Notes under the pieces: model-generated | Told to the model about the DNA's origin: nothing | What the model saw: the letters and a program-made list of their open reading frames with translations, nothing else | The model's database searches: none | Position numbers and translations under genes: made by a program | In this document: piece after piece, positions 1-10,743 of the stretch | Layout of the letters: each line of letters begins with the position of its first letter | How positions within the stretch are numbered: position 1 is the first letter of the stretch | Virus record (IMG/VR): IMGVR_UViG_3300032288_003086 | Span: 32,001 to 96,000 of that record | Strand: one strand, 5' to 3' | Length of the DNA: 64,000 nucleotides | Origin: a virus

Positions 1-2
1 GC

Positions 3-80
3 AAATACATGGGTGAGGTAAGAAGAAGCATGCTTGACAAGGAAAGACTTGAATCATATAATCCTTTGGAGCTAGACTGA
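3..80 (+). CDS. 3' end of an upstream gene truncated by the window edge (...KYMGEVRRSMLDKERLESYNPLELD*)
   Basis: Frame 3 is open from position 3 to TGA at 78-80, immediately before the lysozyme ATG at 82. Confidence 0.6.
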   Translation, partial: KYMGEVRRSMLDKERLESYNPLELD

Positions 81-81
81 T

Positions 82-612
82 ATGCTTGACTTCATCAAAA
101 ATATAATACGTAAATGGTATGGTACCCAAAATGAGGCCATCCATGAATCTGCAAAAGGCTATGCTGTCAATAAGCAGACTGTTAATTTAGTGAAGATGTT
201 TGAAGGCTTTGAGCCTGTTGCCTACAAAGATGTAGTTGGAGTATGGACCATAGGATATGGCAATACATTCTATCTTGATGGAAAGAGAGTAAAAGAGGGT
301 GATAATATCAGCCATGCCCAAGGTGAGCAGCTTTTAAAGAATGTATTAGATCATTTTGCCAAACTAGTGACTGACGAGATACGAGTGCAACTTACTGATT
401 GCCAGTTTGGTGCCCTTGTGTCCTTTACATATAATGTAGGCATTGGCGCTTTTCGGAGGAGCACTCTCCTTCGAAAAGTCAATGCTGATCCAGAGAACCC
501 TGAGATAAAAGCTGAGTTTACTAAATGGGTTAGAGCTGGAGGAAAGACATTGACTGGCTTAGTGAGACGTAGAAAAGCGGAAGCTGATTTGTATTTTAGT
601 GAAAACTGCTAA
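82..612 (+). CDS. Phage lysozyme / endolysin, GH24 (T4 lysozyme-like) family
   Basis: E-x8-D-x5-T catalytic signature FEGFEPVAYKDVVGVWTIGYG; ALVSFTYNVG and GLVRRRKAEADLY are typical of GH24. Confidence 0.93.
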   Translation: MLDFIKNIIRKWYGTQNEAIHESAKGYAVNKQTVNLVKMFEGFEPVAYKDVVGVWTIGYGNTFYLDGKRVKEGDNISHAQGEQLLKNVLDHFAKLVTDEIRVQLTDCQFGALVSFTYNVGIGAFRRSTLLRKVNADPENPEIKAEFTKWVRAGGKTLTGLVRRRKAEADLYFSENC

Positions 613-614
613 CC

Positions 615-1289
615 ATGGTAACAAAAGTATCAGAGGCCATAAGTAGGGTCAGAAACCAGATAAAGTCAGTGACAGTCGATGCATTTGTCACTGATCGTTA
701 TATCTATTCGCTTATCCTCAAACATATATCCTGGCTGATCAAACGCGAAGATGACAAGGGTATCTTACGTAAGTACAATAACATCTTTCATACCTTGGAT
801 TACTTTCCATTGATAGATGTGGATAAAGCTGATGTGGGATGTTTCTGTATTACATCAGGATGTACAATCAAGCGTAGTCAGCATAAGATTCCTCCTACAT
901 ATGATGGAAGCTATGGGCCAATTATCAGGTCTTTAACCAGCATCGATGGTACCACTCCACTGACTATGACATACCCTTCGACTTATCAGGCAATGATACG
1001 TCAGAAGACCTTTAAGTATAATAAGACTCCTTACTACTACATAGTAAATGATTACATCTATGTACCTAGTGTAGACTGGCCTGCTATCCGAGTAGAAGGA
1101 TTGTTTAGATCAGGGATAGGAGATTATAATTGTGATACTGAGCATGACTGCATTTATGTGCAGGATGAACCATTCTCTGTTCCCATGTACCTCTATGGGG
1201 AGATGGAGCAGAATGTCATGAAAGACCTGGCAACCAGTATCAGCATACCAGGTGATGTCAAACAAGACTTTGTAAGCAACACCAAATGA
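615..1289 (+). CDS. Putative tail ring/adaptor protein (crAss-like)
   Basis: 224 aa, Cys-containing, upstream of the tail-tube and stabilisation genes. N-terminal helix pattern (SEAISRVRNQIK..DAFVTD) resembles that of the next gene. Confidence 0.55.
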   Translation: MVTKVSEAISRVRNQIKSVTVDAFVTDRYIYSLILKHISWLIKREDDKGILRKYNNIFHTLDYFPLIDVDKADVGCFCITSGCTIKRSQHKIPPTYDGSYGPIIRSLTSIDGTTPLTMTYPSTYQAMIRQKTFKYNKTPYYYIVNDYIYVPSVDWPAIRVEGLFRSGIGDYNCDTEHDCIYVQDEPFSVPMYLYGEMEQNVMKDLATSISIPGDVKQDFVSNTK

Positions 1290-2413
1290 AGACAGAACTC
1301 CAATACAGGACATTCGATGACCTGATGAACTCTGTACGGAGTGATCTGTACACTTATGACCAGGACAACTTCCTGAATCCTCAAGAACTCTTGAAGATTG
1401 CTATCAAGGTCAATTATGAACTTGGTCTGAAGATTAACCCTAGCAGAGGAAAAATCATAGATGTCCATAATGGAAAGGGGAAGTTACCTTCTGATTTCTA
1501 TGTGATGAACTTTGCTATGCTCTGTGGTCTTGGCAATGAGACATACACTAACTGCACGCAGTCACAGGTTGAGACATTGTATGACCAGATGGTCAAGCTT
1601 GCTGAGATTGTAAATGCAAGACCTCTTGTACAAGTTGCTGATTTGGGTGAGGGATGGAATATAGTAACCCACAATTTAGGTTCTACTAATTTGGTTCTCA
1701 AAGTTCAAAACTCTGAAAAGGAATATGTCAACTTCGAATATGTCATCCTTAACGAAAACCAAGTCAAAGTCAAAGTTTTTGAAACTTGGAATGCTGCGCG
1801 CATTACTATTATTGCCGCGGCAAATATTGTTGCTAATTGTAGCATCAGTCTTGATAATTGCCCTGATGGTTGCAGGATTATTGAAAATAGACCCGGACTC
1901 ATGAGGGAGTTTCCAAGGCCTGTTCCTATTGAAATTATCCCATACAACTACGGTGAACCAGAATGCAATCTCGCGCATGTAGGTTCATATGAATACAGAC
2001 TCAAGATCAAAGATGGATTTATTCATACGATCAACTTCAAAGAAGGTCGTGTATATATAAACTATGAATCAGTCATGGAAGACGATGAGGGCAACTTGCT
2101 TGTCCTGGATCATCCCATGGTAAATGAGTATTATGAATATGCACTCAAAGAGCGTATTCTAGAAAATCTGTTTATGAATGGTGAGCCTACTGCGGCACAA
2201 AGACTGCAGCTGATTCAGGCTAAGATTAGACCTTCAAGGAATAATGCTCTTAGTTACATCAATACTCCTGACTATGGCGAGATGAAACGTATGTGGGAAA
2301 AGAACCGCAAGGCGATGTATGCCAAGTACTATAATATGTTTAACAGCTATGCATGGTATGGAGGATTGAAGACTGCAAGAGGTCCTTATCCATCACATCC
2401 ATTCCATTATTAA
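1286..2413 (+). CDS. Tail tubular/ring protein (crAss-like Ttub) with an inserted beta-rich segment
   Basis: 375 aa; motifs GKGKLPSDFY and YINYES..EDDEGNLLVLDHP..EYYEYALK; ATGA overlap with the previous gene; canonical position before the tail stabilisation gene. Confidence 0.65.
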   Translation: MKTELQYRTFDDLMNSVRSDLYTYDQDNFLNPQELLKIAIKVNYELGLKINPSRGKIIDVHNGKGKLPSDFYVMNFAMLCGLGNETYTNCTQSQVETLYDQMVKLAEIVNARPLVQVADLGEGWNIVTHNLGSTNLVLKVQNSEKEYVNFEYVILNENQVKVKVFETWNAARITIIAAANIVANCSISLDNCPDGCRIIENRPGLMREFPRPVPIEIIPYNYGEPECNLAHVGSYEYRLKIKDGFIHTINFKEGRVYINYESVMEDDEGNLLVLDHPMVNEYYEYALKERILENLFMNGEPTAAQRLQLIQAKIRPSRNNALSYINTPDYGEMKRMWEKNRKAMYAKYYNMFNSYAWYGGLKTARGPYPSHPFHY

Positions 2414-2419
2414 TAGATT

Positions 2420-5400
2420 ATGGCAAAGTCCACAAGCTCTTCATCTGGCACCACTGATCTCAATAGTGCAAAGAGTGCTACCTATGTAAAAGGTCTTATC
2501 AAGGATTATAACGACAGTTATGTTCCTGAAGGAGTGTGGATCAATGCTATCAATGCGGTTACTAACTCTCATAAGGGTGATGCTGGTACAATAGGTAATG
2601 AGCCTTCCAATAGATTTTGTGTAGAGGCTCCTTATACCATAATAGGTCTTGTGCGCAGGGACTCCAACACCTGGGTTGTTTTCTCTACCAATAATGTCAT
2701 ATCCGAGATAGGTTACTTTACAGAGTCTACTTGTGAATACATTAAGATCATAACAGATCAATGTTTAGGATTCAAAAAAGAATATCTGATCACAGGAGTT
2801 ATCCAGTACAATTTTGATTGCACATGGTCTGTGTTTTTTGCAGATGGATTGAATCCAGATAGGACAATCAATCTAGATAATCCTCCTTATCAGTATACAT
2901 GGGATAGGACCAATCCAAACTGTCCTATAAAAGTATTCAATGATTGTTTGGACTGTGAGCAGACCAGATTGAATTACCTGATGACACCTCCCTGCATCAA
3001 TGTAAAGAAAGCAGTGGGAGCGGGTTCGCTGTTCAATGGATCCTATCAAGCTGTTATTGCTTACAGCATAAATGGACAAAGAGTCAGTAATTACTTTAGT
3101 CCAAGTAATGTCTTAGGCATATGGGATCACACAGGTGTAGCTGGTGGTCTTGAGATAAGTATTGAAGACTTGGACACCAGGTTTGAGGAGTATGAGTTAG
3201 TGGTTGTAAGCAACATCAATAGCCAGAACTTTGCAAGGAAGATTGGTAATTACAGCACCAGTCAGTCTGTAGTATATCTTGATATATATTCTGAAAGTCT
3301 TCCATCCATACCATTGAGTATAATTCCACTAGTGGTTCCTGTATATGAAAAGTCTGACAAGATGTTTGCAGTAAACAACTATCTTCTCAGATCGGGCATA
3401 TACAGCAAGTATGAGTTCAATTACCAGCCATTAGCCAACAACATTGCAGCACATTGGCAGGAGGTGGAATATCCTTCTGACTACTATTACAATGGAGGAG
3501 CAAATACATCCTATATGAGGGATGAGCAGTATGCTTTTTTCATCAGATGGCTATACAATGATGGCGATAAATCAGCAAGTTACCATATACCAGGAAGGGT
3601 GGCAGATCCATCTGATCTAACTACAGTGAACAACTTGGATGTGTTATATCCTGATGACAACAAATACTGGCAGGTTTACAATACAGCCTCTGTCACTAAT
3701 CCTGTTGTAAACACTATTCTTCCAGATGGTGGTATAGTTACCAAAGAAGGCTTGATGGGTTATTGGGAATCCACTGAAAAATATCCTATTAATAGGCCTC
3801 AGGTATGGGGTGATCTTTGCGGGCTTCCTATTCGTCATCATAAGTTTCCAGACAACTGTGTTTCCCACATCCATAATCAAGGTGGAGACAAGATGTATAT
3901 ACTGGGTGTCAAGTTCTCAAACATCCAGCATCCTTTGGATAACAATGGAAACCCTATATTAAACATCATAGGGTATGAGATATTGCGAGGTAGCAGGGAA
4001 GGCAACAGAACTGTTATTGCCAAAGGTATGCTCAACAATATGCGTGAGTATACCAGTATTGGTGATCAAAAGGTATTATATCAGAACTATCCATATAATG
4101 ATCTTAATCCAGATTACTTCCTAAGGACATCCCTTGCCAATGACCAGGGTGAGTCTCCTGATGACAGCGGCAGTCCATTGTCAGTATACAAAACAGATTA
4201 CTACAGCTTCCATAGTCCTGAAACCAACTTTGCAAAACCCTTTCTTTCATTCAATGAGGTAAGGTTGTATTCCAAAGAATATGGAACAAGCAATGGAAGT
4301 TTTGAATATCCATTTGGGCATCCCAAGCATAAGCTAATAACCAACGCATCCTATATATTGGCTTTGACACTTGGTTTGTCAATAGGTCTTAAAGCTGCGT
4401 TTGGTCAAAGGAATGTAAAGGCTACTGCAGATTCTGCCACAGCTCTTCCTGCAGCATTGAGTACAATATCCAGTTATGGATTCTTTGGAGTCAATGGTTC
4501 TATGGCTGCAGCACTTTCATCTTATGTGGGAAGTGCTCCTATATCGATATCCTCAGGAAACTATGGTCAATTTGTAGGAGGTACTTCTACTGGTTCAGGG
4601 GGTGGTAACTGGGGAGGTGTAGAGTTTCCAACTTTGACAGAAACAGGAGGTGACCTTTCAAACCTTGACTTTAGGACATTCTTTCCTGGATATACGACCA
4701 AGGTTGGACAGTTTGCATTTGAGGCTTTGAAGTATTTAGCATTCCTGTCAACTATAAAATACTGGTCTGGACTTGGTCTTGATGCTGCATTGAATGTTAT
4801 ATATGAGCTTATACCTTTCAGACAGTATGCGCTTCAGTATAACTCACATGCCTTTTATGCAAACTACAAAACCATTTGTCCAAGCAATTCCGCAGGTGAT
4901 ATGCGTAGGGCACATCAAGACAGTGTTTACATAAGGGATCAGATACAAAGCTTTGATGCCACTTATAATGTAAACAACCTTTATAGGAACAACTATGTCT
5001 TGGTTAAGATAAAAGGTAATTTTCCTAATGTGTCTGCTACTGACTCTTCTATAAAGGACAATTCAAGGAAGCGCGTGAGAGACACAAGTCTCAGTTTCAC
5101 CAATCCTACAAATACCAATATTACCTCTACTACCTCTGCATACTATGGAGGATTGAAGGTGGATCTTGAAAACCAATATGGACAGCTTGAAGGAATCGTG
5201 CAGGTTCCTATAGGGATGTGTTATGAGGTTACTTCTGGAAAGCTTGAGAACAAAAGATATGAATCAACCACATTGTTTGGTGGTGATATCTATATCAACA
5301 GGTATACAGAAAAGAATCCTTTCTTCTTTTTTGTCAATTGGCTTTATGATGTACCTAATGGTACCGAGTTTGATTATAGTCAATACAGCAATATCCTTTA

Positions 5401-7246
5401 TCCAAGGTACTGGGGTAACTTTACTAGGTTTGATAGATCTAGTATAAAGTCACCTTTTGGATTTGGTGCTATAAAAGGATGGGAGTCTGATGATGATCCT
5501 TTATTGGGTTGGATTCTTGCTGCTAGTGCTTATCATCACTTAGACAGATCCAACGCTACTAACACATTCCTTGTTACCAAAGCATGGTTCTATCTGTTTT
5601 ATAATGGAGTAAGAGATTTCTTTATAGAGTCCGAGGTAAATCTGGCATATAGGGATTATGGTGATTTGACCAGTCAGCGCCACTATGATTATAAGAGTTA
5701 CACGGATATTCCCAGGATGTTCAGGACTGATATTATCCAGTCTGGGAACTATTACAAGTATGACTACTCCCTTTCAGTAAGTAAGCTTTTGAGTCAATAC
5801 AAGACTTTCTCAGCAATACTTCCTAGGTCTTATGATCCAGATGTGGCGGAAAGCTGTTATACATATGTATCAGGAAAAGTGCTTTATAGTCTTCAGCAGC
5901 AGTCTGAACAAGCTAGAGAATCCTGGAGAATATACCTTCCTAATAACTATAAGGACTTTGAGAATGATGTCACTGCTTTCAAACCTATCAATAGGACGGG
6001 TGCATTAATCCTATTCCAAGATGCTGAACCCACTAGTTTTACAGGTGTAGATCAACTTCAGACAGCAGCAGGTACTAAGATTACTATTGGTGATGGTGGT
6101 TTGTTTGCACAGCCTTTCCAATCTCTTGTAAATGCTGATGATGAGTATGAGTATGGCTCATGCCAGGATACAAGATCCGTGGTCAATACTCCATATGGTA
6201 CATTCTGGATGAGTCGTAACACAGGTAAGATCCTAAATTATACAGGTTCTGGTATTGTGGACATTGCCATGAATGGGATGCGTTACTGGTTTGCAGAACA
6301 TCTACCCAATGTCTTGACTACCCAGTATCCTGAGTTTCCATTTACAGAGAATACAGTGGTGGGCATAGGTTGTCAAGCTGTTTATGATACCCAGTATGAT
6401 ATCCTTTACTTTTCAAAAAGGGACTTTAAGTCCAACACTGAGTCTGTCAAGTATGATGTAGCTGGCAAGTATTGGTATGTTGAAAGGCAGGCTGGTAATG
6501 AGGTCATTGAGCTTGGTGACCCTAATTACTTTGAAGATTGCTCATGGACAATTAGTTATGATCCAAAGACCAAGATGTGGTTGAGTTTCCATGATTGGCA
6601 CCCTAATCATTCCTTTGGTGTAAATGACCACTTCTATACCATCAAGGATAAAGGTTTCTGGAAACACAATGATGTGTGCAACAGCTTCTGTAATTACTAC
6701 GGGGTGGAGTATCCTTTTGAGGTGGAGGTACCTATCAATACCATAGCGGCGATTACTACCATCAAAAGCGTGGAATATTACCTAGAGGTATTGAACTATT
6801 CCCAAGATTGTATTGATCCATATCATGTGCTAGATGCCAACTTTGACTATGCCATGATCTACAATACAGAGCAGAACTCAGGTCTTCTAAAGCTGAATCT
6901 CAAGCCTAGGAACCCTAACTATATGCTAAGCTATCCAATAGTCTTGTCAGACAGGATAGAGATCATGTTCTCCAAAGAAGAGAATAAGTATCGCTTCAAT
7001 CAGTTTTGGGATGCTACCAGGGATAGGGGCGAGTTCTCAGGAATCCAATACAGGATGTTCAATACTGAGCAGAATGGATATCGTAAAGTATTAAATCCTA
7101 CATTTATAGATTATAATAAATCACCTTTGCAGCGTAAAAAGTTCAGGCATTATGGCAACAGGTTGATTCTGGGTAGGGCAGTCTCCCAGAACCTGAAGTA
7201 TAACCTGAAGATTTCAAGTGTGAAGGAAACTTCTAGTCCACGATGA
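2420..7246 (+). CDS. Tail stabilisation / muzzle protein (crAss-like Tstab, P22 gp10-like position)
   Basis: 1608 aa, beta-rich and Cys-containing; N-terminal KGLIKD..AINA..GNEPSN, IRHHKFPD, C-terminal WTISYD..W.SFHDW.P motifs as I recall them for crAss-like stabilisation proteins. Confidence 0.75.
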   Translation: MAKSTSSSSGTTDLNSAKSATYVKGLIKDYNDSYVPEGVWINAINAVTNSHKGDAGTIGNEPSNRFCVEAPYTIIGLVRRDSNTWVVFSTNNVISEIGYFTESTCEYIKIITDQCLGFKKEYLITGVIQYNFDCTWSVFFADGLNPDRTINLDNPPYQYTWDRTNPNCPIKVFNDCLDCEQTRLNYLMTPPCINVKKAVGAGSLFNGSYQAVIAYSINGQRVSNYFSPSNVLGIWDHTGVAGGLEISIEDLDTRFEEYELVVVSNINSQNFARKIGNYSTSQSVVYLDIYSESLPSIPLSIIPLVVPVYEKSDKMFAVNNYLLRSGIYSKYEFNYQPLANNIAAHWQEVEYPSDYYYNGGANTSYMRDEQYAFFIRWLYNDGDKSASYHIPGRVADPSDLTTVNNLDVLYPDDNKYWQVYNTASVTNPVVNTILPDGGIVTKEGLMGYWESTEKYPINRPQVWGDLCGLPIRHHKFPDNCVSHIHNQGGDKMYILGVKFSNIQHPLDNNGNPILNIIGYEILRGSREGNRTVIAKGMLNNMREYTSIGDQKVLYQNYPYNDLNPDYFLRTSLANDQGESPDDSGSPLSVYKTDYYSFHSPETNFAKPFLSFNEVRLYSKEYGTSNGSFEYPFGHPKHKLITNASYILALTLGLSIGLKAAFGQRNVKATADSATALPAALSTISSYGFFGVNGSMAAALSSYVGSAPISISSGNYGQFVGGTSTGSGGGNWGGVEFPTLTETGGDLSNLDFRTFFPGYTTKVGQFAFEALKYLAFLSTIKYWSGLGLDAALNVIYELIPFRQYALQYNSHAFYANYKTICPSNSAGDMRRAHQDSVYIRDQIQSFDATYNVNNLYRNNYVLVKIKGNFPNVSATDSSIKDNSRKRVRDTSLSFTNPTNTNITSTTSAYYGGLKVDLENQYGQLEGIVQVPIGMCYEVTSGKLENKRYESTTLFGGDIYINRYTEKNPFFFFVNWLYDVPNGTEFDYSQYSNILYPRYWGNFTRFDRSSIKSPFGFGAIKGWESDDDPLLGWILAASAYHHLDRSNATNTFLVTKAWFYLFYNGVRDFFIESEVNLAYRDYGDLTSQRHYDYKSYTDIPRMFRTDIIQSGNYYKYDYSLSVSKLLSQYKTFSAILPRSYDPDVAESCYTYVSGKVLYSLQQQSEQARESWRIYLPNNYKDFENDVTAFKPINRTGALILFQDAEPTSFTGVDQLQTAAGTKITIGDGGLFAQPFQSLVNADDEYEYGSCQDTRSVVNTPYGTFWMSRNTGKILNYTGSGIVDIAMNGMRYWFAEHLPNVLTTQYPEFPFTENTVVGIGCQAVYDTQYDILYFSKRDFKSNTESVKYDVAGKYWYVERQAGNEVIELGDPNYFEDCSWTISYDPKTKMWLSFHDWHPNHSFGVNDHFYTIKDKGFWKHNDVCNSFCNYYGVEYPFEVEVPINTIAAITTIKSVEYYLEVLNYSQDCIDPYHVLDANFDYAMIYNTEQNSGLLKLNLKPRNPNYMLSYPIVLSDRIEIMFSKEENKYRFNQFWDATRDRGEFSGIQYRMFNTEQNGYRKVLNPTFIDYNKSPLQRKKFRHYGNRLILGRAVSQNLKYNLKISSVKETSSPR

Positions 7247-10200
7247 AAACCGATAAGTTACTGCATGTGCTCACTAAGAATGCCCCTAATAGGTCAGGCA
7301 GAGCACTTCCTTTGGATAAATATCAGGATAAGTCCCAGGTTAAAAATTGGGAAAGAAATTTAATGAATGAAAGTCCAAGAAGAGCTGCTGACAAAGCAAA
7401 AGAGCTTGGTGTTGATGTTGGTGGGTATAACAATCTTGGAGATGCATACAGGCATGCTCTTACAAGTTATTATACTACGGATCAATATGGTCCTGTCCTT
7501 GCAAATCTCATGGGTATAGGTCATGAGGGATTGGGCATATATGATTATTTCACTAAGAACAAAAACAAAAGTTTAGGTACATTTTTAAAATTGCTAAAAG
7601 AATCAGGTAGTGACATCTACAATAATGCAGTAGGTTCTTTTGCTTCTGCTACAGAACCTCTTGCTGCGTTGGCAAATCCTGGTAATCCAAACATTAATAC
7701 AGAACATCTGAAAAATGTTTTAAGCAATGTTCATGTTCTTAATAAAGGTGAGACCTACCCTGCATCTGAACAAGTAAGGGATATGTTTCCAATGGACTTA
7801 CAAAGAACAAGACATCCTCAAGAGATTAAACGCTTTCAAGGTACTATTAAACGCTTTCAAGGTACTGAACAAAGTCAGACAGGAACTTCTTTGAAGAAAT
7901 CTGTTCCAAAAGATTTGGAGGAAAGATATAGTACTGTTCAATCTAGAATACAGGGGATAATTGATAATCCTCCTCAGACTAAGAATCCAGGCATGGCTCC
8001 TGAGGATGTAATGAAGTATATCAAGGATCGTTCTATAAGTACATTGATGGAGGAAAATCCTTCTTTGGGTACTGCATGTAAAGGTCCTTATTGTACTACT
8101 GCGGCCAGTACAGCATTTAGATTGACTTATCCTAATGCAGCTCCTCTTCCTACTACAGGTGGAAATACTTTTAGGGATCAGATATTGAATAATCCTGCAT
8201 TTGGGGTTACCTCAAATGATATTTATTCCAACCTGCATCCAGGATCATATCTTCAACAACAAACGCTTGAAGAGTATTATGAAGATGAAGAAGGAAATAC
8301 CAAGCAAAGATCCAAGCCTTCTTATCAGTCTCTTCATAACATGTATGTATATGATGTTGAAAAACTCTCCAATGGTAGAAAAAGAATACATACTGTGCAA
8401 AACACAGGGAATATGTATAATCCAGAATCAACGCAGATTACAAAGGAATATGATGTAGACAAGGAAGGTAATGTTTATAACAAGGATTCAGACTATATTG
8501 TAATTGAATCGGCTAGTGAGAATGCTAAAGACAGGCCTCTATTGGTATACTACAAGGATAATGACATATGGAGTAATCCTGAAATGAACAGCCTTTTGAA
8601 AGAAAGGGAAGGGGTCAAAAAACAAATTTTGGACATTGACTCTGATTATTTCACTCCTGAGAAACCTACCAGGTATGATGTTGATTACCAACCTGGTCAA
8701 TTTCTTCTTCCTGAAAGCTTCTCATCTGAACAAGGTAAGATGGTTTCTAACAAGGACGATAAGGAGTTTATTGATTTACGTGAAAGCAAAATTCCTGAAA
8801 TTGTAGATCAGGTCAATAATCCTGAGTACAAGAAGATGATCATGCGGGATTATAACATCAGTGACGCTGAGTATAACGCAATGGTTAAGACCATGATTGG
8901 TCAGTACATGATGGAATCCCAAGGAGGCACTGATTGGCAAAGTGGATTCAGGATTCCTGAAAATAAAGGTTTGGCTAAACTGTCCACTGCATTAGGTGCC
9001 GATCTTTCAAAAAAGAGTGTAGGTCCTTTCCAAATAAACTACAGTCAGCTTGGAGAAAAGACAAAAGAGATAATTCCAAAGCGAGGAGTCAGCAATAAGA
9101 GTAGGCAGGAGTTCATTGATTTCATGTATGATCCTGTAAAGTCATCAGATGTGGCAATGCGATATCTTGCTGAAAACATGAGGATGGTCAGGAATCTGGC
9201 AAATCAGGAAGGTGAAAGACAGAACATGACTCCTGCTAACTATGTTGACTATTTACCTTATGTAATGAACCAACAAGGTTGGCTTCGTAGAACAGATGAG
9301 GAAAGTCAATCAAAAAAAGGTTCTATCTTAGGAGAAGGCACTAATGCATATGTTCAAGGTGTAAGGGATTATGGGAATAAGATGTTGGAGTATATTCCAA
9401 TGTCGAGTGATACCATGATCACAAATCCACCTACTATTCGTCGCGATGGTGGACCTTTACCCAAGGCACAGACTGGTAGATCTGCAATGACTGATTCTAT
9501 CAATGAGAACTATATACCTTCTGTCAAAGAAAAGAAGAAAGATCAACAGTCTTTATGGGATAAATTAACTGATCCAAACATGAAAACCCCTATGTTGGAT
9601 CTTTTTATGAAAGGAGCTTTTTTTCTTCCTGTGTTTAATACGCCTGAGCTTCAAAATCCTAATGCTATTCAATATAATAAAACAGGCGGATCAAAGCTAC
9701 CATCCCATCTACCAGAAGCTTACAGGGATGGCGGTCCTTTACCCAAAGCTCAGTCTGGACTTTACTATAAAGACAAGACTGGAACGCTTAGGTTTAAGCA
9801 TAATAATCAACCTGTAGCTACAGGAAAAGCTGAGTCAACAGCTAGTCCAATAGAAGCAGCATTGGCAGTAGCAACTGGAGCACCTTTGATTCCAACAGCT
9901 TTGAGTTTTGGATCAAAGACTGTTGGCAAATCAGGAGCCCATCCTTTAGATCAAAGTTGGATGGGAATACCTATTCCTGTTGCACTAGGGACCTTTGCTA
10001 ATACTTTGCGAGAAACTTATGAAGATGTTTCAAAAGGTATTCAGGATTACAACGCTACTAACCAGAGAAAAGAGGGAGGATCATTACCCAAAGCTCAGGC
10101 TGGGCTTAATACACAAGGTGTCCAAAGACTTGTTCAAGAGGCACATGCTACTGCTGAGCAGAACAAAAGATTACAACAGGACCAACAAAACACTTGGGCT

Positions 10201-10743
10201 AAACGAGATGAGACTTCTGTAAATCCACAAAAGGTAAAAGGTAATACTCCATATGTTGTATCAGGCACGGAAGGCGTTTTAGATGCAGCAGATGTTGTTT
10301 CTGATCTCATGCAATATGGATATTTTGTACCTCATCCTATAGGTCAAAGTGTTGGACTTCTAGGTAGTGGTCTGGGATCAGTTATAGATTCATATCAAGC
10401 TGGTCAGCAATATGCTCTTGGTAATTATGATGCAATGGCTGCTAACTTGGCATCCGCAAGTTTATCTGGATTGCTGGCTTCCAAAGGTTATACAAGGGAT
10501 ATGTATAATACAGTTCCAGGTTCAATGGCTGATAGGATTGCAAGTCTTGGGTCTAGGTCAGGTACCTATAGACCATTGACAGCTTATCCTCATCTTCGAA
10601 ATAATCCTGTAATACGTCGTGGATTGAATTATAATCGAGGCGCTTTAGGAACATTGGGTGCTGAAACCATTTATGATCTTCCTGAACAAAAGCTAGGTGG
10701 ACCTACTAAAACATTGAAAGTCAGAATAAAAAAATCAAAATAA
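7243..10743 (+). CDS. Modular virion cargo protein with a DAYRH..HE..DxxNNxVG domain, a Cys/His amidase-like domain and an SLT/lysozyme-like domain
   Basis: GDAYRHAL..GIGHE..DIYNNAVG; CKGPYCTTAAS..SLHNMY; MMESQGG..SVGPFQIN; three DGG/EGG-x-LPKAQ-x-G linkers. Confidence 0.6.
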   Translation: MKTDKLLHVLTKNAPNRSGRALPLDKYQDKSQVKNWERNLMNESPRRAADKAKELGVDVGGYNNLGDAYRHALTSYYTTDQYGPVLANLMGIGHEGLGIYDYFTKNKNKSLGTFLKLLKESGSDIYNNAVGSFASATEPLAALANPGNPNINTEHLKNVLSNVHVLNKGETYPASEQVRDMFPMDLQRTRHPQEIKRFQGTIKRFQGTEQSQTGTSLKKSVPKDLEERYSTVQSRIQGIIDNPPQTKNPGMAPEDVMKYIKDRSISTLMEENPSLGTACKGPYCTTAASTAFRLTYPNAAPLPTTGGNTFRDQILNNPAFGVTSNDIYSNLHPGSYLQQQTLEEYYEDEEGNTKQRSKPSYQSLHNMYVYDVEKLSNGRKRIHTVQNTGNMYNPESTQITKEYDVDKEGNVYNKDSDYIVIESASENAKDRPLLVYYKDNDIWSNPEMNSLLKEREGVKKQILDIDSDYFTPEKPTRYDVDYQPGQFLLPESFSSEQGKMVSNKDDKEFIDLRESKIPEIVDQVNNPEYKKMIMRDYNISDAEYNAMVKTMIGQYMMESQGGTDWQSGFRIPENKGLAKLSTALGADLSKKSVGPFQINYSQLGEKTKEIIPKRGVSNKSRQEFIDFMYDPVKSSDVAMRYLAENMRMVRNLANQEGERQNMTPANYVDYLPYVMNQQGWLRRTDEESQSKKGSILGEGTNAYVQGVRDYGNKMLEYIPMSSDTMITNPPTIRRDGGPLPKAQTGRSAMTDSINENYIPSVKEKKKDQQSLWDKLTDPNMKTPMLDLFMKGAFFLPVFNTPELQNPNAIQYNKTGGSKLPSHLPEAYRDGGPLPKAQSGLYYKDKTGTLRFKHNNQPVATGKAESTASPIEAALAVATGAPLIPTALSFGSKTVGKSGAHPLDQSWMGIPIPVALGTFANTLRETYEDVSKGIQDYNATNQRKEGGSLPKAQAGLNTQGVQRLVQEAHATAEQNKRLQQDQQNTWAKRDETSVNPQKVKGNTPYVVSGTEGVLDAADVVSDLMQYGYFVPHPIGQSVGLLGSGLGSVIDSYQAGQQYALGNYDAMAANLASASLSGLLASKGYTRDMYNTVPGSMADRIASLGSRSGTYRPLTAYPHLRNNPVIRRGLNYNRGALGTLGAETIYDLPEQKLGGPTKTLKVRIKKSK
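7825..7866 (+). repeat. Perfect 21-bp tandem duplication (attaaacgctttcaaggtact x2; IKRFQGT x2)
   Basis: Directly visible at 7825-7845 and 7846-7866. Confidence 0.95.
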
